Notes under the pieces: generated by a model
What the model was told of the DNA's origin: nothing
Seen by the model: the letters and a program-made list of their open reading frames with translations, nothing else
The model's database searches: none
Assembly (NCBI GenBank): GCA_003345545.1
Contig: PRDH01000081.1
Span: 56,483-120,482, forward strand
From: Candidatus Thorarchaeota archaeon
GTDB lineage: Archaea; Asgardarchaeota; Thorarchaeia; Thorarchaeales; Thorarchaeaceae
DNA length: 64,000 nucleotides
Direction of reading: 5' to 3'
In this document: in pieces, positions 28,956 to 38,337 of the stretch
How positions within the stretch are numbered: the first letter of the stretch is position 1
How the letters are laid out: each line of letters opens with the position of its first letter
Program-made: the position numbers and the translations under genes

Positions 28956-31367
28956 CTAACGCATCGACTTCTGAAATCTTCCAATGATTTCATCTTGAAT
29001 TGCTTTTCCTAAGTCCACATAATATGCACTGTAACCTGCAACTCTAACGACCAGGTTCCTGTATGAGCTGGGATTTGCCTGTGCGTCACGAAGAGTTTCC
29101 GGGTCGATCAGATTGAATTGTATATGCATGCCACCAAGCTCTACGTAGGACTTCAGTAGGGATACGAGGGACTCCAAACCATCATCTCCTGCTATGTAGC
29201 TGGGATCCAAAGAGAGCGTGAAGGCCATTCCGTTAGGATAGAGTGTATAATCAATACTTGTGACTGAACGAAGGACTGCAGTCAGACCATTGGCGGGGGC
29301 TGAAACCACAGGCGAAGCCCCATTACTCAAGGGGGTTGACGGTAGTCTTCCACTAGGCAGAGCGCCGGTGAATAGACCAAAGGGTATGTGTGTAGTCACT
29401 GAGTACATACCAGCGATAAAAGACCCACCTCTGATGTTCTTGTGTTTCTCTACTTCCTCGCTATATATACCTGCCACGAGTTGGGCATAGTCATCTACGA
29501 ATCTTTCGTCATTGCCGTACTTTGGAGCTTTGTTCAGCAGTAGTTGTCTTAGCGGCTCATCATCTTCAAATCCACCTCTCAGAGCGGTGATGAGTTCGCT
29601 CATGCTCGATTTCTTCTCCTTGAATACAATCTGGTCTATTGCTGCAAGGGAATCTGCAACATCAGCAATACCAACTCCCTGAACTCCAGTGAAGTTGTAC
29701 CTTGCCGAACCTGTCGTTATATCTCGACCAATCTCAAAGCAGTCCTCTACACAAAGTGAGAGTAATGGTGTTGGCATCATTTCTATATTCAATTGCTCGA
29801 AAGATGCAGAGCCCTCCGCCATGAGTCCTACCAAGTATGAAACCTGTTTTCGAAATGCCTGAATAACATCATCCATTGACTGGAACTGCAAAGGGTCACC
29901 CGTCTTTAGACCAAGTTCTGCTCCTAATAGTAGGCTTTTGCCGTCATTCAATGCGAGCTCCAAACACATGGCGAGGTTGAAAAGCGCGGCATCCGATGAA
30001 GTGAAGCTATTTCCAAATGGGGCCAGTTCGACACATCCAACAGTTGCGTAGTTTCTTGCCTCCTTTGTAGGGATTCCCTGTCGTTCCCATGATTTGACAA
30101 TCGTTTCATCGTTGAAGACTGCTATATTATTCGAACCCGACGCAACAATTGCTGCAATCTCTTTCAAGAGTCGTGATGGACTATTTCGATGAATCCGAAC
30201 ATGGACATTTGGCAGGGGGAGCCCCACATCCTTTGTTGCTTCTAAAATCAGGTACGTCATGTCATTTGTTGTGTCAATTCCTTCTCTATCGAAGCCACCA
30301 ATCGTCGCTGCTTGGGTAGTCAGTAACCCCTCAAAGTACAATCCAGAAAAGCTGTCATAGACTGGGACATGCTCGTTTGTCTTTATCCACAACATCTCTA
30401 GAAGTTCTAGTGCTTCCTCCCTTGTCAGTTTGCCCGATTTGATATCATTCTCATAGAATGGCTGTAGGTATTGATCAATTCGTCCCATTGAGATGGCTTG
30501 ACCATCATAGGCCTCAATACTGAGAGCGAGATGAGTGAACCTAATGAACTGAATGGCCTCATGGAAATTCCTTGGCGGTCTGGCAGGAACCCATTGACAT
30601 ATCTCAGCAATCCTCTCAAGCTCTTCCTTTCTCTGGATGTCTTTTTCACCCTTCGCCATCATCGCTGCTTTTTTGGAATAGCGATGCGCGAATTGGATTA
30701 TTGCATCAGCCACTGTCTTGGTTGCCTTATAGAAGTGGGTCTTGTTAAGATGCTCTTGGCCTGTTTTCGAACTGTGTTCGCCAATTCGTTTCTCAGCCAT
30801 CTTGCTGAGTCTATCAAAGCCTATAGAAAAGAGCATAGGGTAGTTTATGCTTAAATGTCCGAATCCCGCCACTTCTGTGAGAAGAAACACAGAACCAGTG
30901 TACAACGTTTCCATTATCTTCTCAGGAGTCCTTTTTTCAGCCTGTGCCAACATGGACCTTTCCGCCCAATATGACGCAATATCATCCTGCACAGTCTTGA
31001 TGTCTTCAGGCGTGACTTCTATCACTCGGCAATCTCGTGTCTTTAATCCTTCAAGCTCAGGAATTATTCGAGATCCGTGAGCCTCTGGATAAATCATAGC
31101 ACCGCGAATCTTGTCTGCAATAGTCCCAACAACAAGTTCCTCGGGGAATATTCTCACAGAAATGTGTTCTAGCAGGTATGCCAGAGCTTTTGCTTGTCGG
31201 AGTATCTGTGGCTCCCCTTCAGTCGTCTTCATGGACTCGGTATACAATCTGGTCCTCTCGATACATAGATGTGTCGCAGACTCCAGAATACGACTCCGCA
31301 TTGCCTGGCTCTTCGAAAGCATCGTTTTCACTGCTGATTCTATGCATACTCTGTCCATATATCTCAT
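28956..31367 (-). CDS. Glycyl-radical enzyme (PflD/PFL2-like)
   Basis: C-terminal VRVAGYSA glycyl loop; single-Cys GCVE loop; GRIDQYL. Confidence 0.9.
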   Translation of the reverse strand: MRYMDRVCIESAVKTMLSKSQAMRSRILESATHLCIERTRLYTESMKTTEGEPQILRQAKALAYLLEHISVRIFPEELVVGTIADKIRGAMIYPEAHGSRIIPELEGLKTRDCRVIEVTPEDIKTVQDDIASYWAERSMLAQAEKRTPEKIMETLYTGSVFLLTEVAGFGHLSINYPMLFSIGFDRLSKMAEKRIGEHSSKTGQEHLNKTHFYKATKTVADAIIQFAHRYSKKAAMMAKGEKDIQRKEELERIAEICQWVPARPPRNFHEAIQFIRFTHLALSIEAYDGQAISMGRIDQYLQPFYENDIKSGKLTREEALELLEMLWIKTNEHVPVYDSFSGLYFEGLLTTQAATIGGFDREGIDTTNDMTYLILEATKDVGLPLPNVHVRIHRNSPSRLLKEIAAIVASGSNNIAVFNDETIVKSWERQGIPTKEARNYATVGCVELAPFGNSFTSSDAALFNLAMCLELALNDGKSLLLGAELGLKTGDPLQFQSMDDVIQAFRKQVSYLVGLMAEGSASFEQLNIEMMPTPLLSLCVEDCFEIGRDITTGSARYNFTGVQGVGIADVADSLAAIDQIVFKEKKSSMSELITALRGGFEDDEPLRQLLLNKAPKYGNDERFVDDYAQLVAGIYSEEVEKHKNIRGGSFIAGMYSVTTHIPFGLFTGALPSGRLPSTPLSNGASPVVSAPANGLTAVLRSVTSIDYTLYPNGMAFTLSLDPSYIAGDDGLESLVSLLKSYVELGGMHIQFNLIDPETLRDAQANPSSYRNLVVRVAGYSAYYVDLGKAIQDEIIGRFQKSMR

Positions 31368-31387
31368 GCTCTCTACCAGAACATAGA

Positions 31388-31416
31388 AACGCGATGCAAT
31401 GGTCAGGTTGACCCGA
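31388..31416 (+). repeat. Remnant of the 16S trailer repeat (internal hairpin portion)
   Basis: AACGCGATGCAATGGTCAGGTTGACCCGA; 26/29 identical to the long-type repeat core. Confidence 0.6.
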
Positions 31417-31429
31417 GATTATAATGTAG

Positions 31430-33274
31430 TTAACTGGGCTCCTTCCCACGCAGTTTGAGCAATGATTTAGCGAAACGCGGTCTTACAAGTCTATCTAGAA
31501 TCTGCATTGAGGGTATTGCCGCTACTAATGCAAAAGCCCCTATTCCAGCTTCAACTGGGAAAACATAACCAAAGTACTCAAACACTCCACTGAAGATGAC
31601 ATAGAGCACAGCAATGACCACGAGCAGTGGTAGCCACAGTACAACAGCAGCTCTGAATTGAAATCGATAGCGAAACGCAGAGAGTGCAATGATGAAACAG
31701 ATGCCCGTGAGCACTGCTGGTAGAAACCAGCCTCCTAGCAAGAAGCTCTCGCCGTATAGCTCAATGAATCCCAATACAGAGAGACCTGTTCGTCCTTGAA
31801 TTGTAAAGAATGGTAGAATGAAGCCTGCACCAAGTGCGAAGACTCCAATCATATAGGGAATCTCCCGGATGAGATGAATCCTCCGAGGGTGCCATATGTT
31901 GAAATGGAGAAGGAGCAATATTCCCAGGCTAGATAGAATGAGCAACGCCGGAAAGAAGATAGAACCTGCGCTTCCTACGAAAATCCTCGATGATATCTGA
32001 ATCGAGTCCTCTTGCATGATGACTATAAAGAAGAGGACCTTTCCATTTGCAAGCGGTACTATCTCTCCTGTGTAATACTTGAAGAGAGCTCCACTTCCGG
32101 GCTCCAACTCAGTGGAGAACCATACGGCCCCCGGTTCACTTGATCTCCAGCACAGGAAGACACTATCCGCATTCTCTACCTCTGCTATGACTTTGATTGT
32201 GCTTCCCTGAAGCGTTATCTCGTTGTTGTACAAGACTTCGTATGATGGAATGGGTGCGCCATCTCTGAATTTACAGTCAATCCACCTGACGATGTTATGA
32301 CTCCATTGAGGATTGACTCCGTGGCCCCAGTTTGGAACGATGTTCAGGGTAAGTTCAGCATCTATTGACTCGATAGTGTCCATCATTGACGTAATCGGAA
32401 AGAACGGGTCATTAGTGCCAATTATCATGAAAACAGGGTCAGTCAGCAGTCTCGTATATGCAAGAGGGTCAAACCACCTTATTATATTGGTCATTTCCAC
32501 GGATCCAATTTGATATGTGGGCACTACTATACTATTGAGCAGAGACCCTGAAGTCAATGAGTTGAGGAGATTCCCTCCAGCAATCATCGGGACTGACCCA
32601 TCAACACGCGTATCAATCCCCGAGAGGATGAATGTAGCCAGCGCTCCCATTGAGTTGCCTGCAACAACCATGGCATCAGTTCGTACCTGAGGTACTATTT
32701 CAAGGAGTGTCAACGCTCGGGACGCAGCCCAGACAGAGTGATAGAGGCTAGAATCCTGAGGCCCATTTGTCACGCTCAAAAAAGTGAATGAATTGAGAGC
32801 TGGATATCCTGTGGAGCTGCCCGACCCTGGTTGATCAATTCCCATGACTACAAACCCTGCCGCGGCTAACTCCCTCAGCATCTGCATGAACTCTGCATAT
32901 TGCTCACCAAAACCATGAAGGTACAGAATTGCAGGTGTCGGCGTCGTGAGATTCTGTCTCATGAGAATAATGGAGTTTATTCTTACGGCTTCGCCATTGA
33001 ACATTTCACTCATGTAATCAAAGTACCACTCGTGAACAGAAACTGTCGCATTTTGATACTCAACATCAGAAGTAGTGATCGAATGATTCTTCACATCAAG
33101 AGGTGATACAAGCGCGTCAGTGATGTTCCAAAAACTGGTATCAAAGTCGTCTTCCGAGGGGGGAGCCGCAGTTCTCATAGGAAAGTTCAAGCCTGCGAAG
33201 AATAGCATAGCTGTGATACTGCCCATGAACAGGACCATCACAGCAACTGCAGCAACTGATACTCCCGTTTCCAT
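31430..33274 (-). CDS. Membrane-anchored alpha/beta hydrolase
   Basis: LHGFG, GNSMG nucleophile elbow, GTNDPFF, GH; TM segments at both termini. Confidence 0.8.
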   Translation of the reverse strand: METGVSVAAVAVMVLFMGSITAMLFFAGLNFPMRTAAPPSEDDFDTSFWNITDALVSPLDVKNHSITTSDVEYQNATVSVHEWYFDYMSEMFNGEAVRINSIILMRQNLTTPTPAILYLHGFGEQYAEFMQMLRELAAAGFVVMGIDQPGSGSSTGYPALNSFTFLSVTNGPQDSSLYHSVWAASRALTLLEIVPQVRTDAMVVAGNSMGALATFILSGIDTRVDGSVPMIAGGNLLNSLTSGSLLNSIVVPTYQIGSVEMTNIIRWFDPLAYTRLLTDPVFMIIGTNDPFFPITSMMDTIESIDAELTLNIVPNWGHGVNPQWSHNIVRWIDCKFRDGAPIPSYEVLYNNEITLQGSTIKVIAEVENADSVFLCWRSSEPGAVWFSTELEPGSGALFKYYTGEIVPLANGKVLFFIVIMQEDSIQISSRIFVGSAGSIFFPALLILSSLGILLLLHFNIWHPRRIHLIREIPYMIGVFALGAGFILPFFTIQGRTGLSVLGFIELYGESFLLGGWFLPAVLTGICFIIALSAFRYRFQFRAAVVLWLPLLVVIAVLYVIFSGVFEYFGYVFPVEAGIGAFALVAAIPSMQILDRLVRPRFAKSLLKLRGKEPS

Positions 33275-33468
33275 CGATATATCACAGCTCTGTGCGGTGG
33301 ACCGCGAGTTCTTCGATCTTGGTCATTCTCTGACTTGCCCTCTGAAGGAATTTGACGTTTAAGAATTCCCTGATTTCTTTTTAGCTATCGGTATCAGCAA
33401 TCGTGTGAGAGAACTTCAGCGGCTCTTTAAAAGGCAACGCACAATAGCAGTTGTCGGTGAAAAGTCAA

Positions 33469-33648
33469 ATGCCTGACAATAAGGAACTCGTCTACAAAGC
33501 GTTCACAAAATCCACAAAACCCCTCAAGGCTGGAGAGGTGGCAGATATCACAGGTATTGAAAAGGCTGAGGTCGCTAAGATCATCAAGACGCTGCAAAAA
33601 GAGGGAAAACTGGTTTCTCCCAAGAACTGCTACTATGCACCCTCCTGA
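33469..33648 (+). CDS. Small winged-HTH protein
   Basis: PLKAGEVADITGIEKAEVAKIIKTLQKEGKLVSPKNCYY. Confidence 0.8.
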   Translation: MPDNKELVYKAFTKSTKPLKAGEVADITGIEKAEVAKIIKTLQKEGKLVSPKNCYYAPS

Positions 33649-33710
33649 AACCTGACCCAAGTCGTTGTGACACAAGGAAGTGCAGATAGCGGAAGTCTTT
33701 TGTGGAGACG

Positions 33711-33724
33711 TTCACTATAGTTAA
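33711..33724. promoter_or_regulatory. Palindromic operator (consensus TTAACTATAGTTAA)
   Basis: TTCACTATAGTTAA directly before structured RNA copy 1. Confidence 0.65.
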
Positions 33725-33726
33725 CT

Positions 33727-33868
33727 TGTCCAGGCAGGTGGGTACGCAAGGGACACATAACATTCGTGTACTGAGCTCATCGCTCAAAACGGCGAAAGAA
33801 CGATGGGTGATTAAGACATTACGGGAATGGGTCGAACAAGTGTCTTAGGCTTACGGCCCGCTTGGACA
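33727..33868 (+). ncRNA. Putative structured ncRNA, copy 1 (unknown family)
   Basis: Homologous to 38135-38274 with compensatory stem changes; followed by a T-rich tract. Confidence 0.65.
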
Positions 33869-33932
33869 CCTTATTTTGTGCTGAATCGAAACTCTGAATT
33901 TGTTATTGTGACTGAAGTGACCATAGTGATGG

Positions 33933-34850
33933 ATGTTCCTTCTTAATGAAACTCATAGTGAGGATGGCAACGTAGTGGAAATAGTGAAGTGGGATGGTAG
34001 GCGAGAGCAGTTCGACCTGGACAAATTGCGACATAGCATACTCCGGCTAGGGGCACCTCTGGAGCTTGCCAAGAGTGTTTCAGAACAAATAGAGAGAGAA
34101 GCTTACTCTGGTATGACCTCCAAAGAGATCTTTGATTTGGTCACTGCCAAGCTGAGGACGCATGAACCCGCCATCTCTCTTCGAGAGGACCTAAAGACTG
34201 GACTTGCAAGAATGAAGGGCGGGTCCGAATTCGAGGAGTACGTTCGCCTTATCTTTCGAGCTCATGGATATAGTGTGAAGGGCAATACAGTAGTTCAAGG
34301 TCGATGCGTGACGCATGAAATAGATGGAATTGCTGAGCGAGATGATGAATGTATCTACCTTGAGATCAAGCATCATTCAAGCCCTCACAGCTACACTCCT
34401 TTTGATGTCACTTTGGCGGCCAAGGCAAAATGGGATGACCTACAGTCAGGACACGAATCGGGTTCCACGAGCTATTGTTTCAATCGTGTTCTTGTTGTCA
34501 GTAACACCAGATTGAGTGCGCATGCGCGTCAGTATGCAGAATGCGTAGGTATTGGTCATTTGGGGTGGAATACACCGCCTGGTCGTGGTCTAGATTGCAT
34601 GATTGAAGAGAAGGGTCTCTATCCAATCACTGTTCTGAAGGCTCTGCATGAGGAAGAACGAGATATCCTATCGGGGAATGGAATCCTGACACTCCAGCAA
34701 CTTGAAGCGGCCACAACAGGAGTAGATGGCATTCAGGAATCACGTTTCAATGAGTTGAAAGATCAAGCGGCCAAAATCATGAAGACACGTCTGCAAGAGA
34801 ACTGTGACTCTGTGCGTCAAGACCTGGCAGATACTAAAGGTCGCAAATAG
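33933..34850 (+). CDS. ATP-cone plus Mrr-like restriction endonuclease domain protein
   Basis: IVKWDGRREQFDLDKL ATP cone; FEEYV...HEIDG...EIK PD-(D/E)xK. Confidence 0.8.
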   Translation: MFLLNETHSEDGNVVEIVKWDGRREQFDLDKLRHSILRLGAPLELAKSVSEQIEREAYSGMTSKEIFDLVTAKLRTHEPAISLREDLKTGLARMKGGSEFEEYVRLIFRAHGYSVKGNTVVQGRCVTHEIDGIAERDDECIYLEIKHHSSPHSYTPFDVTLAAKAKWDDLQSGHESGSTSYCFNRVLVVSNTRLSAHARQYAECVGIGHLGWNTPPGRGLDCMIEEKGLYPITVLKALHEEERDILSGNGILTLQQLEAATTGVDGIQESRFNELKDQAAKIMKTRLQENCDSVRQDLADTKGRK

Positions 34851-34952
34851 CACAAAAGGCCTCCACTGATTATTCCTTGGAACAACTCCGATTGCATCCT
34901 TGAGCACCAGCCGACATCCCCTTTCGCAAGACTCATATTGAAACGAATCATA

Positions 34953-34966
34953 TTAACAATAGTGAA
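34953..34966. promoter_or_regulatory. Palindromic operator copy
   Basis: TTAACAATAGTGAA, 4 nt before ATG 34971. Confidence 0.55.
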
Positions 34967-34970
34967 TACT

Positions 34971-35216
34971 ATGAAGACGATGTCCAAGCAGACAAAGCTC
35001 ACTTCAGAGAAAATCATGGAGAAGGCCAAGGAGTACTTCGTTGGCAGGTTTGGATTCAGGATTGTTGAAGAAACAGCCAATTGTTGTGTGGCTTTCGAAA
35101 ACAATCTTGGTTTTGTCAATGTACAAGTCCTGAACAAGGGTGACTGCCGAGAAATAACGCTGACCACCAGAGAATGGGAATATCAGATTGGAGAATTCCT
35201 TGGGAAGCTGAAGTAG
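34971..35216 (+). CDS. Hypothetical protein
   Basis: 81-aa ORF, ...AKEYFVGRFGF...TREWEYQIGEFL. Confidence 0.7.
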   Translation: MKTMSKQTKLTSEKIMEKAKEYFVGRFGFRIVEETANCCVAFENNLGFVNVQVLNKGDCREITLTTREWEYQIGEFLGKLK

Positions 35217-35257
35217 AGAATCACTAGTGTACTGTCCACATGATTACTAAATAAGAG

Positions 35258-35515
35258 GTGAAAGGAATGGAAGAGAGAGTCGAGGGCATTATTGTGGCAT
35301 CAGTGGTAGAGCCAATTAGCGACACTGACATGAAGGCTGGCTTCATAACAGTCAAAACATCTGAAGATGACTACGTGAAGTTGGAGGTCGGCAGCTACAC
35401 TACCTTTGCCACTCTGGAGGAAGGAGAGAAAGTATTGGTTCAGGCGGAAACGCTGGGATCCACAGGAGTGATATACGCCAAGAGTGTGATTCTCAGCGAA
35501 CGTTCCGCTAAATGA
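35258..35515 (+). CDS. Hypothetical protein (possible OB-fold)
   Basis: Beta-rich 85-aa ORF with GAGGTG SD. Confidence 0.65.
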   Translation: MKGMEERVEGIIVASVVEPISDTDMKAGFITVKTSEDDYVKLEVGSYTTFATLEEGEKVLVQAETLGSTGVIYAKSVILSERSAK

Positions 35516-35539
35516 GTGACCCCATTGTTTTTACTACGA

Positions 35540-37171
35540 CTAGGTTTCCTCCATATATCGATATACGAACTGCCGTGGGGAGATGAAATTCTCCTTGATG
35601 GTCCTCGGTGAAACCCACCGCAGGAGGTTGATTCTACTACCCGCTTTGTCATTCGTCCCTGAAGCTCGAGCTCCACCAAAGGGCTGACGGCCGACCACTG
35701 CTCCCGTAGGCTTGTCATTGATGTAGAAATTGCCAGCAGCGTTTTCAAGTATGTTCGTGGCAAGTAGTATTGCCTCTCTGTCCTTGGCAAAGATTGAACC
35801 AGTAAGAGCATATGGTGAGGTCTCGTCACAGAGATGCAAGGTCTTCTCATATTCCCTATCGGGGTAGACAAAGACTGTCAGAACAGGTCCAAAGATCTCA
35901 TCTTCCAGCATCTTGGACCTTGGATTCGTGGAGAGAACGATTGTGGGCTCTATGAAATAGCCTACCAAGTCATTGTAGGTCCCCCCTGCTAGGATCTCCA
36001 AGTCTGGCGATTCTCTTGCATACTCAATGTACCTGACTATCTTGTCGAATGCTTCCTTATCGATTATCGCATTGACCAGAGTTGTAAAGTCCTCGACATC
36101 ACCCACACGGATTCTCTTGAGTGACTCGAGTAGCTTCTTTCTGACATGTGGCCAGATTGATTTAGGAATATACGTTCGAGAAGCTGCAGAGCACTTCTGA
36201 CCTTGGTATTCAAAGGCGCCACGGACCAATGCCGTTACGAGAGCATCTACATCTGCAGACTTGTGGGCGACTACAAATCCCTTGCCGCCTGTTTCCCCAA
36301 TGAGTCGAGGGTATGTTCTATATGTGTGAATATTCCCGGCGACTTGCTTCCACATCTCTCTGAAGGTTGCTGTACTGCCTGTGAAATGGACGCCTGCCAA
36401 TGCCGGATGGTTCAGTACTGGGTCTCCTACTTCTTGGCCTTTGCCCGGAACGAAGTTGATGACACCTGGGGGAATTCCGGCTTCCATCAGTACTCTCATC
36501 ACGTGGTATGCCACATAGACAGCTGTTGAGGCTGGTTTCCAGACCACGACATTTCCCATCATGGCCGGCGCAGTTGGAAGGTTGCCCATGATGCTGACAA
36601 AGTTGAATGGAGTCACAGCAAAGACAAAGCCTTCAAGAGGCCTGTACTCCATCCTATTCCATTCGTCAGCTCCAGAAGCAACCTGTGTTTCATAGATCTC
36701 TTGTGCGTAGTATGCATTGAAACGCAGAAAATCAACAAGCTCATTTGCAGTATCTATCTCCGCCTGGTAGACATTCTTGCTCAGGCCGAGCATACTAGCC
36801 GCATTCAACATCAGCCGGCTTGGTCCTGCAAGTTGATTAGCGGCCCTGAGGAAAATTGCCAAACGATCAGGCCAGGAAGTACGAGCCCAAGTCCTCCTCG
36901 CTTCTAGAGATGCCTCTATGGCCTTCAACACTTCCTCCTCTCCTGCCATGTGATACTCCGCCAAAACATGTTGATGACTGTGCGGCATCACAGACTGTTT
37001 CAGTCTTCCAGTCCGTACCTCTTCTCCTCCAATGATCAGAGGAATTTCTAGCCTCTTGGATTTGAGTTCCTCGAGTTTCTTCTTGAGTTCTACCCTCTCT
37101 TCACTGCCCACAAGATATCCCAAGGTTGGTTCGTTGAAGGGCTTTGGAACAACGAAACTTGCATTTTGCAT
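35540..37171 (-). CDS. pruA: 1-pyrroline-5-carboxylate dehydrogenase
   Basis: QAEID, FTGS, ETGGK, EYQGQKCSA, EIFGPVL, SGTNDKAG. Confidence 0.93.
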   Translation of the reverse strand: MQNASFVVPKPFNEPTLGYLVGSEERVELKKKLEELKSKRLEIPLIIGGEEVRTGRLKQSVMPHSHQHVLAEYHMAGEEEVLKAIEASLEARRTWARTSWPDRLAIFLRAANQLAGPSRLMLNAASMLGLSKNVYQAEIDTANELVDFLRFNAYYAQEIYETQVASGADEWNRMEYRPLEGFVFAVTPFNFVSIMGNLPTAPAMMGNVVVWKPASTAVYVAYHVMRVLMEAGIPPGVINFVPGKGQEVGDPVLNHPALAGVHFTGSTATFREMWKQVAGNIHTYRTYPRLIGETGGKGFVVAHKSADVDALVTALVRGAFEYQGQKCSAASRTYIPKSIWPHVRKKLLESLKRIRVGDVEDFTTLVNAIIDKEAFDKIVRYIEYARESPDLEILAGGTYNDLVGYFIEPTIVLSTNPRSKMLEDEIFGPVLTVFVYPDREYEKTLHLCDETSPYALTGSIFAKDREAILLATNILENAAGNFYINDKPTGAVVGRQPFGGARASGTNDKAGSRINLLRWVSPRTIKENFISPRQFVYRYMEET

Positions 37172-37184
37172 TCAAATCACCGGT

Positions 37185-37212
37185 TATTAACTATGGTTAA
37201 TACATTTATAAA
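37185..37212 (-). promoter_or_regulatory. TATA box plus palindromic operator upstream of pruA
   Basis: TATTAACTATGGTTAATA between TTTATAAA and the start codon. Confidence 0.7.
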
Positions 37213-37310
37213 GTCGCAGATACTCACGAGTTTCTTGAGGCCTACTTCACCCGGACACTACATTGTCCTCTCCAGACATGCAATATCCGGCCAGGCTCTC
37301 ATGTGATAGC

Positions 37311-37877
37311 TTAGTTCAGCGATAGAGTTTCCCTGTTGGTAGTCGTGTACGTGTCGTACGCAACTCTGAGTATACTCCTGATCTTCTCAGTATGCCATGA
37401 TCCTCTCTGCCGATCAAAGAGCTCATCAGATGCATCAACTGACATGACCTCGCCAATGAAGAGTACATGGTTTCCTACAGGGATCTCATTAACGACCTTG
37501 CATTCAAATGATGCAACAGCCTCTCCTATCGATACAGCGTTGACATTCCACCCACTTCGCTGACTAGTAAGACCAGCTGCTGTAATCTTATCCTTGTGCT
37601 GCCTACCGGTATGAGTACCTGCCCACACTGTCTGTTTCAGGATATCTGTTGATGGCACATTCACTGTGAATACACCAGCACTTCTGATCATCTGAGATGT
37701 GTGCTTGTTCGGTGAGATTGAGATTCCAAAGAGTGGAGGCCTCACAGAGAGAGGTGTTGCCCATTCCACAGCTAGTACCTCCGTTGCTCCATTACTGCTA
37801 TCCGCCACAGTCACTAAGAAGGTCTGACGTGGTGCTGCAACTCCAGAGAAATGACTTCTACTACACGACTGCCTCAT
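37311..37877 (-). CDS. Flavin reductase family protein
   Basis: PPLFGISI, FTVNVP, ECKV...GNHVLFIGEV; likely start at 37877. Confidence 0.85.
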   Translation of the reverse strand: MRQSCSRSHFSGVAAPRQTFLVTVADSSNGATEVLAVEWATPLSVRPPLFGISISPNKHTSQMIRSAGVFTVNVPSTDILKQTVWAGTHTGRQHKDKITAAGLTSQRSGWNVNAVSIGEAVASFECKVVNEIPVGNHVLFIGEVMSVDASDELFDRQRGSWHTEKIRSILRVAYDTYTTTNRETLSLN

Positions 37878-37881
37878 GATA

Positions 37882-37895
37882 TTAACTATAGTGAA
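37882..37895. promoter_or_regulatory. Palindromic operator copy
   Basis: TTAACTATAGTGAA, 4 nt upstream of the flavin reductase ATG. Confidence 0.65.
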
Positions 37896-38103
37896 ATCCT
37901 CTATTAAATGATACGATAGGCACATTCACTGACCGCTCATCGAGCAACATCCGAGAGCCGCATTCGCCGAGCATGGATATGCGATTGGTGACTCCCAGAG
38001 CATTCTTGCGTATCGACAATTCAATGGAGTTGGCTCTGTGATTCAGCGAAAGATCAAGTTCAGTAAATCAATCCAGTACATCTATTCTGCAGGCATCAGA
38101 ATG

Positions 38104-38131
38104 TTTATATTGATTTATTCACTATAGTTAA
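38104..38131 (+). promoter_or_regulatory. TATA box plus palindromic operator upstream of structured RNA copy 2
   Basis: TTTATAT (38104) then TTCACTATAGTTAA (38118-38131). Confidence 0.65.
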
Positions 38132-38134
38132 TTT

Positions 38135-38274
38135 ACCCAAGCGGATGAGTACGCAAGGGACACAGAGCATTCTCGCACTGAGCTCGTCACTTAAAACGAC
38201 TGAAGAGCGATGGGTTACAAAGACGTCTCGGGAATGGGTCGTATAAGCGTCCTAGGCTTATAGCCCGCTTGGGT
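38135..38274 (+). ncRNA. Putative structured ncRNA, copy 2
   Basis: Closing stem ACCCAAGCGG/CCGCTTGGGT; homologous to 33727-33868; pyrimidine tract follows. Confidence 0.65.
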
Positions 38275-38337
38275 CTTCATCTTTCTTTGGCTACAGCTGT
38301 TCACTCATCATATCTGAGCAGTTCAAGCACTTCATCT

